A stretch of 64,000 nt of DNA from an uncultured Verrucomicrobiae bacterium (GTDB taxonomy: Bacteria; Verrucomicrobiota; Verrucomicrobiia; Chthoniobacterales; UBA10450), in NCBI GenBank assembly GCA_963834385.1, contig CAWIBO010000002.1:1248001-1312000 (forward strand), read 5' to 3'. The notes beneath the pieces were generated by a model that saw only the letters and a program-made list of their open reading frames with translations, was not told the origin of the DNA and made no database searches. A program made the translations under genes and the position numbers. Shown piece after piece: positions 52,148 through 61,470 of this stretch. Every line of letters begins with the position of its first letter. The first letter of the stretch is position 1.

Positions 52148-52980
52148 CGGGGAAAAGTGCTCCAGAATTTATGCCGGACCGGGTTCACGTAGTGGCGCAG
52201 GACGAGGGAGGGTGCGGCGTAGCGATCCGGATAAACGAATTGATCGTCGAGCTGCAGGACGAAACGGGCGGGATCAAGCGGGGCGGCGCCGTTGGCGTGC
52301 AGGACGAGGTGGGTCAGAGATTGATTGGTAAAAAAATTGGGCGGGCCCGGCAATGAAAGAAAGCGATCACAGGCCACGGTCCAGTCGAGAGGACGAAAGA
52401 AGATGAGGAAACCGGTGTTCACCGGGGTCTGCTGCTTTTCCTTCTGGTTTAGGACACGTTCGTCGGCGGAGAGCTGGCAATCGGCCAGATAAAGGGCGGG
52501 GGCGCCGCCGGGCTCGGCGAGCAGCTCAGGCAGGGCGGCGGCGCCGGCAAAAAAGCGGACATCGGAATCGGTATAGATCACAGGTTCGTCCACCGGCAGG
52601 GACATGATCAACGCGAGTTGTTTGCCGGTGGGATGGGAGGTGAGATAGCGCTGCAGGCCGGCGGGAGCGGCCGGCTTGAACTCCGAGACGGCGCGGACGC
52701 CGACACAGGGGTCGATCGAGGTGAGGAAACGGCGATCCGCCGGCGAGATGGTGCCGTCGCTAACGACGGTAAACCGGCGCGGCCGGCCGGCGTGGCGCAG
52801 GAAGGAGCGAATGGAAGCAATCTGCTCCGCGAGGCCGGCAGCGCCGCAGTAGCTGTAGACCTGAGCGGCCAGCGGGCGGGGCGCGACCCGGACCGGGCCG
52901 CGCAGGCTGCGGGTGGCGAAGTAGAGCCGCCGAAGAGCGTCACCGCGGGCCCGGGCAAAATGGTAGCCGAAATTGATCAT
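52144..52980 (-). CDS. GT-A fold nucleotide-diphospho-sugar transferase (GT8-like)
   Basis: SIRSFL, YTDSDV (DxD), VNTGF, NQ, LRHY. Confidence 0.65.
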   Translation of the reverse strand: MINFGYHFARARGDALRRLYFATRSLRGPVRVAPRPLAAQVYSYCGAAGLAEQIASIRSFLRHAGRPRRFTVVSDGTISPADRRFLTSIDPCVGVRAVSEFKPAAPAGLQRYLTSHPTGKQLALIMSLPVDEPVIYTDSDVRFFAGAAALPELLAEPGGAPALYLADCQLSADERVLNQKEKQQTPVNTGFLIFFRPLDWTVACDRFLSLPGPPNFFTNQSLTHLVLHANGAAPLDPARFVLQLDDQFVYPDRYAAPSLVLRHYVNPVRHKFWSTFPR

Positions 52981-54302
52981 GTGGGTCCGTCCGGGAGGGG
53001 GCGGCGGAAGCCGCGGTAACTCAGCACGGCATTCACCAGGAGGTTGGGAGTTGCGGAAACGAGATTGAAAAGGAGAACGCCGTGCACGCTGGAGAGATCA
53101 AGAAAGGGGATGAGGGCCGCCTGGGTGGCAAGGGTGAGGGGGATGTAAGTCCAGGAACCGGTCACCCAGGCCTTGGAGGCATTGAGCGACCAGACTGCGC
53201 TGGTGAGCGCGCTCAGGACGGAGGCCGCCACCATGAGCAGGAGCTCGTTTTCGAGGTGCGCGTATTTGTTGCCGAGGATGAAGAGGAGCTGGTGCGGGAA
53301 GAGGAGAGCGACGAACAGGACCGCGGCGCTGAAGGCGGCGACCGCGCCCACGATCCCGGTATAAAGCCAGCGCAGGGTGCGGGCGTTGTGACACCGGGCA
53401 AAGGCGGGCACGAAAATGTTGGCCAGGAGAGTGCTGAGAACGGTGAAAATCATCCCAAGGCGGCCCAGCGCTCCCACCTCGGCGACCGAGCTGGCGCTTC
53501 CGCTCAGGAGACTGATCAGAAGAATGGTGATCTGTCCCTGGAAGCAGTAGAAGAGGGCGTTGGCCGCCTGATTGCGGATGAATCCCATCATGGCCCGGCG
53601 GTCGTCCGGGTTCGCCTGCGTCCGGAGATTGATGACCCCGGCGACGTAGCGCCGGAGAAGAAGATACTGGAGGAAGAAGGCGACGGTGAAGACGGCCACG
53701 GCCACGCCGGCGTTCAGGAAAAAGAAGACAAGGACGAGGAGAATGGCGAGACGGACAAACGCGCCGGTCAGGTCGATCATCTGGATGACCCGGATGTCGG
53801 AGCGCAGCCGCGGCACGACCCCGAGGACCCCGACGGAGAGCTGCACCCCGGCGCCGAGGAGGACGATGCCGGTGAGGAGCGCGGTATAACCGGCAGAGGC
53901 GCCGTTCTTCCGGAGCATGTAAATGAGCACCGGGGTAACGACGAGAACGGCACCGACCCCGAGGAGCCGCCGGAGACGCAACCCGGTGACGATGAGCTGG
54001 CCAAAGCGATCGCGATCATGCCAGACGCGGCCGCCAATCGAGACCAGGCCGATGCTGATGCCGATATCGGCCAGCAGGTTGATCGTGCCCTGCATGGTGT
54101 TGGCGATGGTGTAATAGGCGTATTCGCTCTGGCTGAGGACGCGCACCAGGAGAATACCGGCGAGGAAGCCGACCACCTGGACGAGGCCCTGCACGGTGAT
54201 GAAACCGGTGACGATGCGGGCCCGGGCAAAGGCCCGCCGGAGGCCGGGTGCGTTCAGTTCCGTCACGGGCGAGGAAGGCGGCGTCGGTCCGAAAAAGTTC
54301 AT
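52977..54302 (-). CDS. Polysaccharide flippase (Wzx-like)
   Basis: About 12 TM segments; LVRVLSQSEYAYY...LADIGIS is typical of the PST exporter N-terminus; ILGNKY. Confidence 0.8.
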   Translation of the reverse strand: MNFFGPTPPSSPVTELNAPGLRRAFARARIVTGFITVQGLVQVVGFLAGILLVRVLSQSEYAYYTIANTMQGTINLLADIGISIGLVSIGGRVWHDRDRFGQLIVTGLRLRRLLGVGAVLVVTPVLIYMLRKNGASAGYTALLTGIVLLGAGVQLSVGVLGVVPRLRSDIRVIQMIDLTGAFVRLAILLVLVFFFLNAGVAVAVFTVAFFLQYLLLRRYVAGVINLRTQANPDDRRAMMGFIRNQAANALFYCFQGQITILLISLLSGSASSVAEVGALGRLGMIFTVLSTLLANIFVPAFARCHNARTLRWLYTGIVGAVAAFSAAVLFVALLFPHQLLFILGNKYAHLENELLLMVAASVLSALTSAVWSLNASKAWVTGSWTYIPLTLATQAALIPFLDLSSVHGVLLFNLVSATPNLLVNAVLSYRGFRRPLPDGPT

Positions 54303-54419
54303 GACGCCTTTAGGAGGAGGGCGCAGGGCGACGGAAAGGAGTCCGCGGGCGGCGGGGCGGAGGAGGGAACCGGCGCGGGCTGAGCGCGGCGGCGGGAGAC
54401 GGCGAGGCGGGGCGCGTTT

Positions 54420-56564
54420 TTAGACGCGTCGCCCTTCTTCATGGCGCGAAGCCCCCACGCTTTCGCGCTCCTCTTTCTCGGTCGGCACGTTGTAGTACTC
54501 GGAATACTGGTAGTAGTAGTATTCCGGCAGCGAAGTATCGACCTGATTCAGGATGACTCCGGGGACATTGACCTGGCGATTGTAAAGCAGCTCGAGTGAT
54601 TTGCGGGTGAGCCGGGCCGAGGTGTAGGAGAGACGCACGACGAAGAGAGTGGCGTCGATCTTGGGCGCGAGGCTGGTGGTATCGTCGGCCGCGAGGACAG
54701 GCGAGCTGTCGATCAGGATGTAATCGTACTGGCTGTAGATTTCCTTGATGAAGTTTTCCGTGGAATCGCGCAGGAGATGCTCGCTCGGCTGGGAGATGGA
54801 TTTGCCGCGCGGCAGAAGGAAAAGGTTCGGGTAGGAGGTGGGCACGACGACTTCGCGCCAGTTGACCTCCTGTTTCAGGACCTCGGCGAAACCGATCCTG
54901 GAAGAGATGCCAAAGGCCTCGCGAAGCGCGCCGCGCCGAAGATCGCCATCAATCAGAAGGGTGCGGGCGCCGGAAAGCGCCATGGTGATGGCGAGGTTGG
55001 AGGAAACGGTCGATTTGCCCTCGTTGGGAACCGCGCTGGTGATGAGCAGGGTTTTCGGGCGGGGACCGTCGTAGGGCATGAAGAAAATGGAGGATCGGAC
55101 GTTGCGGTAGGATTCCGCAAAGATATGCCGGGCATCGTCCGTCTGGAGGAGGGTCACGTTGCCCTTGGTCTTTTCTCGCGGAATCTGGCCGAGGACGTTC
55201 TCGGTGAAATGGTGCTGGAACTCGCTGAACGAGGCCATGCGATCGTCGATCCGGTCGAGCAGGAGGAGGATGGCCAGGCCCGCGAGGGCGCCGAGGCCGA
55301 GACCGATGAGGAGACTCTTGATCAGGCCGGGCCGAACCGAAACGGGCGCGGTGGCCTGTTCCATGATGGCCACCTGATCGTTGCTATCGACGATCTTGGA
55401 GACGTCGACGTCCTTAAGGTTGTTGGTCAGCCGGTCGTACAGAACCTTGAGCCGGTCCACCTTTCCCTTGAGGCGGTTGTACTGGGCCAGGCGCTGGCTG
55501 AGGTCGAGTGCCTTGGCTTCCCATTCCTTGATGTTGGTCTGCAGGTTTTCCATCTGTTTGCCGATGGAACCCCGGCGGTTCTCAAGCTTCTCGACGGTGT
55601 CGGCCCGGTAGAGGGAGATGAGGTTTTCCTGTTTCGAAATTTCGTCGTTGAGCCGGAGGATTTTGGGATGCTTTGGACGCAGGTCCTTCGCCAGGGTGTC
55701 ACGCTCGGCCTTGAGCAGCTGGAGATTCTGCTTGGCCTTGAGGTAGTCACCGCCCGGCCCAAGGTCGGCAAAGGAGAAGGCATTGGAATTGGCCTCGGCC
55801 GCGGTCGGGGCGCCTTCGTCGGCCTGGCCGCTCACGCGATCGAGGTTCTGGTCGAGATCGAGGAGGTTAAGCAGGTCGTGCTCGGTTTTGAGCTGGGCAA
55901 ATTGCTGGTTGAGCTTGACCAGGTAGGAGGCGGCGCTGTTTCCCTCTTCCTGGAGAAAACCGATGTTGTTCTCCTTCTGGAAATCGAGCATCTCGTCCTC
56001 GGCGTTGCGGAGATCCTTCTCCGTCTGGATAAGCTGCTCGGTGATGGCGGTGGTGACGGTCTGGCCCTGGTCGTCCCGCATGGTCTTCTTGAAGTCGAGA
56101 TACTTCTGCATGACCGCGTTGAGGAAGGCCTGGGTATAATCCGGGGAGGGTCCGATGGCGGTGAGGTCGAAGATGGAAGTGCGCGGCTTCTGCACCACGG
56201 CAATTTCCACCGGGACCGACTGCATCTCGGGGTGGGTGGAGCGGACGAGCGCCTCGGCGCTGCGGCGCACCTCGGCGCTTTGCATGAGCTGGATCTGCGT
56301 GCCGTAGAAGTTAACGTTGTCTTCGCTGTAGACCGCGCCCTGGGCGAGATTGAGCTTGCCCGCGAGCATCATCTTGGCCGCGGAAAGGAACTGGGGCGGG
56401 GTCTGGTAGATCAGCCAGGCCTGGACGAACATGCCGATGCAGATGGTCAGGACCGGAATCCACCAGCGCCGGGCGAGGAGCGACCGGTAGCGGTGCAGCC
56501 TCGTGACAAGCGAGGTCGACCACGATACAGGCATGGTGCGGTCGGCGGGGGCGGAGGCGTCCAT
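54420..56564 (-). CDS. wzc: Polysaccharide copolymerase/tyrosine autokinase (Wzc-like)
   Basis: Two TM segments flanking coiled coils; ESYRNVRS, Walker A PNEGKST, A' LIDGDLRR, B LIDSSP, Tyr cluster EYYYYQYSEYY. Confidence 0.92.
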   Translation of the reverse strand: MDASAPADRTMPVSWSTSLVTRLHRYRSLLARRWWIPVLTICIGMFVQAWLIYQTPPQFLSAAKMMLAGKLNLAQGAVYSEDNVNFYGTQIQLMQSAEVRRSAEALVRSTHPEMQSVPVEIAVVQKPRTSIFDLTAIGPSPDYTQAFLNAVMQKYLDFKKTMRDDQGQTVTTAITEQLIQTEKDLRNAEDEMLDFQKENNIGFLQEEGNSAASYLVKLNQQFAQLKTEHDLLNLLDLDQNLDRVSGQADEGAPTAAEANSNAFSFADLGPGGDYLKAKQNLQLLKAERDTLAKDLRPKHPKILRLNDEISKQENLISLYRADTVEKLENRRGSIGKQMENLQTNIKEWEAKALDLSQRLAQYNRLKGKVDRLKVLYDRLTNNLKDVDVSKIVDSNDQVAIMEQATAPVSVRPGLIKSLLIGLGLGALAGLAILLLLDRIDDRMASFSEFQHHFTENVLGQIPREKTKGNVTLLQTDDARHIFAESYRNVRSSIFFMPYDGPRPKTLLITSAVPNEGKSTVSSNLAITMALSGARTLLIDGDLRRGALREAFGISSRIGFAEVLKQEVNWREVVVPTSYPNLFLLPRGKSISQPSEHLLRDSTENFIKEIYSQYDYILIDSSPVLAADDTTSLAPKIDATLFVVRLSYTSARLTRKSLELLYNRQVNVPGVILNQVDTSLPEYYYYQYSEYYNVPTEKEERESVGASRHEEGRRV

Positions 56565-56569
56565 GAGAA

Positions 56570-57304
56570 CTAGAAATTGACCAGCCGCTGCGGCACGTAG
56601 ATCTGGTCGTCGGGCTGGAGGACGACATCGTCCTCCATGCGACCGCGCTCGATCACATCCTTGAGATTAACCACGAAGGATTCGCCGCTGCGCCGCGTAA
56701 TTTTTACCTTCTTTTTGTCGGCGAAATCGCCAAAACCGCCGGCGCGAATGATGGCCTTGCTCGCGGTGTAGGTCTCATCCGGCGGAATCTCCTGGGGCCC
56801 CTGGCCTTTGACCGAGCCATAGACATAAACCTTGCCGCGCGACTTCTCGCTGACGCGATCCACCGCGAGGATAACGGTGGCGTTGTAATAGTATTCCTTC
56901 TCGAGCATGCCTTGGATCGTGTAGGCGAGCTGCTTGCAGGTCTTTCCGGAGGCGGGCACCAGGCCCACGTAGGGAACCTCCAGTTCGCCGTTATCGTTGA
57001 CGCGGAGGCGCTGGGACTCCTCATCGCGGTCCTCCACGACGCGGAAGCTGACGAAATCGTTAGGGCCGAGCTGCTTCTTGTCGTCCAGGACGGTCATGGA
57101 ATTGGTGCGCATGACCGTGCTGGAAACGGGAGGTGGTTCCGCCGCGGTGGCGCGGGGCACCATCCCCATGGGAGTGGGTTCCTGGGCGAAGGCCGTCCCG
57201 GCCAGGAGAGCCGGGAACGTCGCGATGACCGCAACCTTCAACACCCATGGAGAAAGAGGATGACAAAATCCCTCCGGAATAAATCTAGAAACTGTACGTC
57301 GCAT
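56570..57304 (-). CDS. Polysaccharide export protein (Poly_export + SLBB, short Wza-like); start uncertain
   Basis: LGPND, VNDNGELEVPYVG, VYVYGSV, AGGFGDFA, LQPDDQIYVP. Confidence 0.85.
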   Translation of the reverse strand: MRRTVSRFIPEGFCHPLSPWVLKVAVIATFPALLAGTAFAQEPTPMGMVPRATAAEPPPVSSTVMRTNSMTVLDDKKQLGPNDFVSFRVVEDRDEESQRLRVNDNGELEVPYVGLVPASGKTCKQLAYTIQGMLEKEYYYNATVILAVDRVSEKSRGKVYVYGSVKGQGPQEIPPDETYTASKAIIRAGGFGDFADKKKVKITRRSGESFVVNLKDVIERGRMEDDVVLQPDDQIYVPQRLVNF

Positions 57305-58583
57305 CAAGGGAAACGCGGTTCTGCTGGTAGTCGCGGAAGTCGCGGTTGGAATCCTTTTCCGTGTACTGGTAGCGGGCCCCGACCGTGACATTGCGGGTGA
57401 GCTGGTAACCGAGGGTAATCGCGCCGCCGTAGCGGTTGGAATCCTCATTGATGACACCGCCGGATTCATCGGCGTCTTCAAAGAAGAGCTCGGTGGAAAG
57501 GAGGGTGTTGCGGATGATGTTCCAGTTCGCGGTGTGCCGGATGTAATTCAGCTCGATGAAATTCGAGTTCACGCCCAGGAGGCTTTCATGCCCGGCGGAG
57601 AGTGAATGCGTAATGGCCTCGTTCAGGCGGTGCGAGATCAGGATGTTGGCGTAGAAATCGTTGATGTCGTCCTGGTCGGGGAAGAGGAACGGGAGGCCGC
57701 CCCCGCCGCCGACGAAATTGCCGTTGTCGAAGAAGATCCCCTGATAGCCGCCGGCGACGCGCACCTTGATATTACTGGTGACCTGCGTCTCGAGGAACAG
57801 ACCGCCACTGGTGGTGGTCGAGTCGTTCAGGAGCATTTCGTCGTAGTTGGTGAAGATGAGGTTGCCTTCCACGCCCACGCCGGTGGTATTGGTCACGGCC
57901 ATGAAAAGGCTGCCGCTGATGATTTCGGCGCTGCGGTCGAGATAGGAGAAATCACTCTCGGTCGAGATGAAGTTGTAATGGTCGAAGCCGAGGGTGGCGA
58001 CGACCGCGTTGGCGTCCCAGAGAACGGTGACACCGGCGGTGTTCTGGAAGCGGCCGTAATCGCTCACGTTACTGAAGCCGATTTCCGAGACGGGATCCTG
58101 CTCGAGGGAGAAGCGATCGTGGAAGTTGATGCGGAAATCGCCCACGAAGACATCGAAGCTGAGCTGCGAGCCCGGGGTGAGGAGGAGGCCGTTGGTATTG
58201 TTACCGGGATGATCAAAGTAGAAGGCGTAACCGGTGCCGATATCGAGGCGCAGGGTATTGAGCTGCGTCACCGGCCAGAGGGCGTGGAGGTTGATCTGGG
58301 GGCGGAAAATGAAGTCATCGCGTTTGCCGCTCTCGGCGAGGTCGATGTTGTCATTGAACTCGATCCCGGTGGTGGCGCTGAGGCGGAGGCGGATGGGGCC
58401 GGCCTGGAGGTTGTAGGGGATGTTATCGATGGAAAGTCGACGGGCTTCCGCGGCCTGTTCACCGGCGAGGGAGGGCCGGATCGCATCCTGAGCCTGGACC
58501 AGCGAGGTGGCGAGGATAAGGGCGAGCAAGAAAGCACCGGTGCGGGGAAGCAGCGGGCGGGTCGAGGAGAGATGGTTGCTCAT
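57285..58583 (-). CDS. Outer-membrane beta-barrel protein associated with EPS export
   Basis: Signal peptide, FNDNI, amphipathic strands, terminal DYQQNRVSLDATYSF (BAM-type C-terminal Phe). Confidence 0.85.
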   Translation of the reverse strand: MSNHLSSTRPLLPRTGAFLLALILATSLVQAQDAIRPSLAGEQAAEARRLSIDNIPYNLQAGPIRLRLSATTGIEFNDNIDLAESGKRDDFIFRPQINLHALWPVTQLNTLRLDIGTGYAFYFDHPGNNTNGLLLTPGSQLSFDVFVGDFRINFHDRFSLEQDPVSEIGFSNVSDYGRFQNTAGVTVLWDANAVVATLGFDHYNFISTESDFSYLDRSAEIISGSLFMAVTNTTGVGVEGNLIFTNYDEMLLNDSTTTSGGLFLETQVTSNIKVRVAGGYQGIFFDNGNFVGGGGGLPFLFPDQDDINDFYANILISHRLNEAITHSLSAGHESLLGVNSNFIELNYIRHTANWNIIRNTLLSTELFFEDADESGGVINEDSNRYGGAITLGYQLTRNVTVGARYQYTEKDSNRDFRDYQQNRVSLDATYSF

Positions 58584-58605
58584 AGGAGATGCGGTTTGGG
58601 TAGTT

Positions 58606-58621
58606 AGCAGATGGAGTACCA
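58606..58621 (-). promoter_or_regulatory. sigma54-like box heading the EPS operon
   Basis: TGGTACTCCATCTGCT on the minus strand, GG-N10-GC, 22 nt before ATG 58583. Confidence 0.6.
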
Positions 58622-58852
58622 ACATGCTGGGGCTTGTGAATTCTGTGCAGTGACCGGTTCGATGAAGCCCCGAACAAGCACATGCTTGATCGTGGTTTCG
58701 CCGCCCCGGACCTTATAATTTATGTAATCGGGACCCATTGTTATCCATGGGCAGGAAGGGAGGCAAGAGAAAATCCGGGGAACGGTTGAAAGGCGGGGCG
58801 GGGCGGGGAGAAGGCCTGCTGGAAAGGGCCACCCGGCAAAAAGTTACGGCGA

Positions 58853-58868
58853 TGGCGCGATTCAAGCT
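58853..58868 (+). promoter_or_regulatory. sigma54-like box
   Basis: TGGCGCGATTCAAGCT, GG-N10-GC, 13 nt before ATG 58882. Confidence 0.45.
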
Positions 58869-58881
58869 TTTGCGGTGACTC

Positions 58882-60060
58882 ATGAAGAGTTTTTCGCGCC
58901 TCCACCAGACAGCGCTCCCGCTCTGGGCGGCCTGTCTCAGTCTGGTTCTTTGCGGAGCAGGCCTTTCTCATTCTGTCTGGGCCGGTCCGACCGAGGAACC
59001 GATGACTGACTCGACCAATTTCGCCAAGAACCTGGCCCGGATGAATGCCGGCGCCAAGATCGAGGCCGTCTCCGGGGCAGGGAAGGAGGCCGCGGGCGTG
59101 CTGGTGATGGAGGATGGCACCATCTCCTGTCCGCTGCAGCAGGGCGAAACCAATTTCGTGGTCAGTCTCGCGAAAGTCTCGATGCTCGACCGGCTGACTT
59201 TCATCAACGAGAACGCCGCGGCGCGCGGCGAGTTGAAAATTGCGGTTTCCAACCGCCGGCTCCCGGCCGATTCCAATCTCTGGCAGGATGTGGAGGGGAC
59301 AGTTCCCTTTAGTGAGAAGCGGATGTTCAATCTTTCCCTCGTGGGCGTGGAAGCGAAGTATGTGCGTCTCTCCTTCCGGGTCGACCAGGCGGGCAGCGTC
59401 GCCGGCCTCGGCCTGTATGGCAGCCGCAGTCTCCGGGAATTTTCCGAGCGTTTTGAGCAGCCCCTGACCATGGCCTACGCGGCCCCGGCCCGGTCGGCCA
59501 AGGATCAGCTTAACTTCAATTTCGCCAACCTTTATGCCCGGGCGCGCGTGGTCTATGTCAGTTCGGGAGCGCTGCCCGCAGGCGTGCGCATGATCGATGA
59601 TGATGTCATGACCGCGTTTCGGTTCGCCCCGGCCGACCGGCATCCCACCGTGATCCTGGAACTGTCGGAGAGCGAGCGCCTGAATCGGGTGAGCGCAATT
59701 TACGCCATGGAAAGCGGCGAACTTTCCGTCTACCTGCTGGACAAGCTCCCGGAAAACCCGGCCAATCTGTCCGGCCTGCGTCCGACGGCCACCACGGTTG
59801 ATCGCAAGGCCCACGGCAAGGCGGCAGTCGATTTTCATCCGCAGGGCGCGCGCTTTGTCCTGCTGCGCTGGACACGGGACGCCGCCGCCGAGGCAAGCCA
59901 GGGGTTTGAGATCGCGGAGGTGCACGCCTTCGGCAATGTTCCCTTCGCCTACCTGGACCAGGACGGGGCCCCGGAACTTTTCGCGGCCCAGGCGCCGCGG
60001 GGGGGCTGGGATTTCGGCAATCCGCTCGGGGTGCCGAGCGTGCCGGTCGTCAGTCCGTAA
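58882..60060 (+). CDS. Secreted protein with two tandem galactose-binding/discoidin-like jelly-roll domains
   Basis: Signal peptide. Repeat 1: NLARMNAGAKI...EAKYVRLSF...VAGLGLYG. Repeat 2: NFANLYARARV...MIDDD...GARFVLLRW...IAEVHAFG. Confidence 0.7.
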   Translation: MKSFSRLHQTALPLWAACLSLVLCGAGLSHSVWAGPTEEPMTDSTNFAKNLARMNAGAKIEAVSGAGKEAAGVLVMEDGTISCPLQQGETNFVVSLAKVSMLDRLTFINENAAARGELKIAVSNRRLPADSNLWQDVEGTVPFSEKRMFNLSLVGVEAKYVRLSFRVDQAGSVAGLGLYGSRSLREFSERFEQPLTMAYAAPARSAKDQLNFNFANLYARARVVYVSSGALPAGVRMIDDDVMTAFRFAPADRHPTVILELSESERLNRVSAIYAMESGELSVYLLDKLPENPANLSGLRPTATTVDRKAHGKAAVDFHPQGARFVLLRWTRDAAAEASQGFEIAEVHAFGNVPFAYLDQDGAPELFAAQAPRGGWDFGNPLGVPSVPVVSP

Positions 60061-60229
60061 GGGAACCGCCGTCGGCGATCGGCGCCGCTGCGTGCGCGCC
60101 GGACCAGGGTCCGGGCTGCTCCCGGTCCGGGAAATCGGAAAGGCGCGGGTTGAGCCTGTCCGTCCCGGGAATGCGCCATCAGCCGGTGCGCAGGCAGGAA
60201 AATCAGTCGCGGCCACTACGTAAATGGCT

Positions 60230-60245
60230 GGGCATGAGGGGTGCT
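60230..60245 (+). promoter_or_regulatory. sigma54-like box upstream of the PEP-CTERM gene
   Basis: GGGCATGAGGGGTGCT, GG-N10-GC, 27 nt before ATG 60273. Confidence 0.55.
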
Positions 60246-60272
60246 ATATCCCTCAGCACACTCTCCTTGGCC

Positions 60273-61091
60273 ATGATTCTCCAACGCTCTTTCCTGTTCA
60301 TCCTCATTTCTCTTGGCACCCTTGTCTCGCCGGCGCGGGCCGTGTTGCTGGACTGGGATGCCGTGGCCTGGACGGCCGGTTCGCTCAGCAATTCCTACGA
60401 CATCGACCCGAGTCACTCGGGCAACGACGTGACTGTGACGATCAGCGGGAGCACGGGACAGTTGCGGAACTCGATCTTTAGCGGGAGCCCGGCCACGCCC
60501 GCGGTGACCACGCAATTTGCCGGGGGCCTGACGCCGACGCCGGGCACGCTCAACCTTGCCCTCGATCTCTCGAACTCGGCCACGCAGGCCATCACGCTGA
60601 CCCTCAACTTCTCGAACCAATATGGGAACGGGATTTACGACCTTGTGTTCACGATCTTCGACGTCGACTACTCGAATGCTTCGGGGAACACCTACCAGGA
60701 CCAGGTTTCGGGCATCTATGGCACCACGCCCGGCGGCGCGCAGGTTGCGCCGGTCATCACCACCAGCGCCAACAATGCGCTTTCGGGGTCGGGACTGACC
60801 CAGGTCGTGAACGGAACGGCCAGCACGGCAGACAGCGGCGCGAGCTCCGCCAATGGCAACGTCGTCATCAGCTTCGGCAATGTCGGGCTGAGTTCGTTCA
60901 CCTTTACCTACGGAAACAGTTCCGCCTTCGCCAATCCGACCTACCAGCACATCGGATTCTACGATTTCAGTTATTCGCCGGTGCCCGAGTTGAATCCGGC
61001 CATGGTGACCGCGGCCATTTGCGTTTCTGCCATCGGGCTGACGCATTGGCGGCGACGGCGCGTTCGTCTCACCAGCAGTCTGGAGAACTGA
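60273..61091 (+). CDS. PEP-CTERM (VPE variant) sorted, Ser/Thr/Gly-rich surface protein
   Basis: Signal peptide ending ARA, S/T/N/G-rich beta body, C-terminal SPVPELNPAMVTAAICVSAIGLTHWRRRR (VPE, TM, basic cluster). Confidence 0.85.
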   Translation: MILQRSFLFILISLGTLVSPARAVLLDWDAVAWTAGSLSNSYDIDPSHSGNDVTVTISGSTGQLRNSIFSGSPATPAVTTQFAGGLTPTPGTLNLALDLSNSATQAITLTLNFSNQYGNGIYDLVFTIFDVDYSNASGNTYQDQVSGIYGTTPGGAQVAPVITTSANNALSGSGLTQVVNGTASTADSGASSANGNVVISFGNVGLSSFTFTYGNSSAFANPTYQHIGFYDFSYSPVPELNPAMVTAAICVSAIGLTHWRRRRVRLTSSLEN

Positions 61092-61094
61092 CCC

Positions 61095-61451
61095 ATGTCG
61101 CGAGCCGTCCATCATGTTGTCCTGCTTTTGGCGGGCGCCATGCTTTGGGCGGCCTTCCTTCCCGGCGCGCAGGGGTTTCATTGTTCGCCCGCTTTCACCC
61201 TGCCTTCCATGGAGGAAATTGGGGAGGCGACGGTGGAAGGCCTGGGGGCATCCGGGACCTTTCATAGTCCATTCTCTCCGCCGGCGGCCGATCCTGCGAT
61301 CGCGAGCCCGGTGCGCCCCCGTTTCCAACACTATTTTCGGCGTGGACACCTGTTGAACATGCCTCCGTCCGCGGTGTTGTGCGGCTTCTCCTTTGCGGCG
61401 GCACTCGGCCTGCTCTTCCTGCATCGTGCGAAGGTCCGGTCACGACGATAG
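61095..61451 (+). CDS. Hypothetical 118-aa protein with signal peptide and C-terminal TM/basic tail
   Basis: Starts 4 nt after the PEP-CTERM stop. Signal LLLAGAMLWAAFLPGAQG; tail AVLCGFSFAAALGLLFLHRAKVRSRR. Confidence 0.6.
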   Translation: MSRAVHHVVLLLAGAMLWAAFLPGAQGFHCSPAFTLPSMEEIGEATVEGLGASGTFHSPFSPPAADPAIASPVRPRFQHYFRRGHLLNMPPSAVLCGFSFAAALGLLFLHRAKVRSRR

Positions 61452-61470
61452 CAGGGCGCAGGTCGCGGCG

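Noticed and set aside
54303..54419. G-rich strand-skewed intergenic stretch (possible G-quadruplex)
   Set aside because: Mostly GG/GGG runs typical of this high-GC genome, with no regular four-tract pattern.
54505..54522. TAG tandem repeat
   Set aside because: It is the reverse complement of the Wzc C-terminal tyrosine cluster codons.
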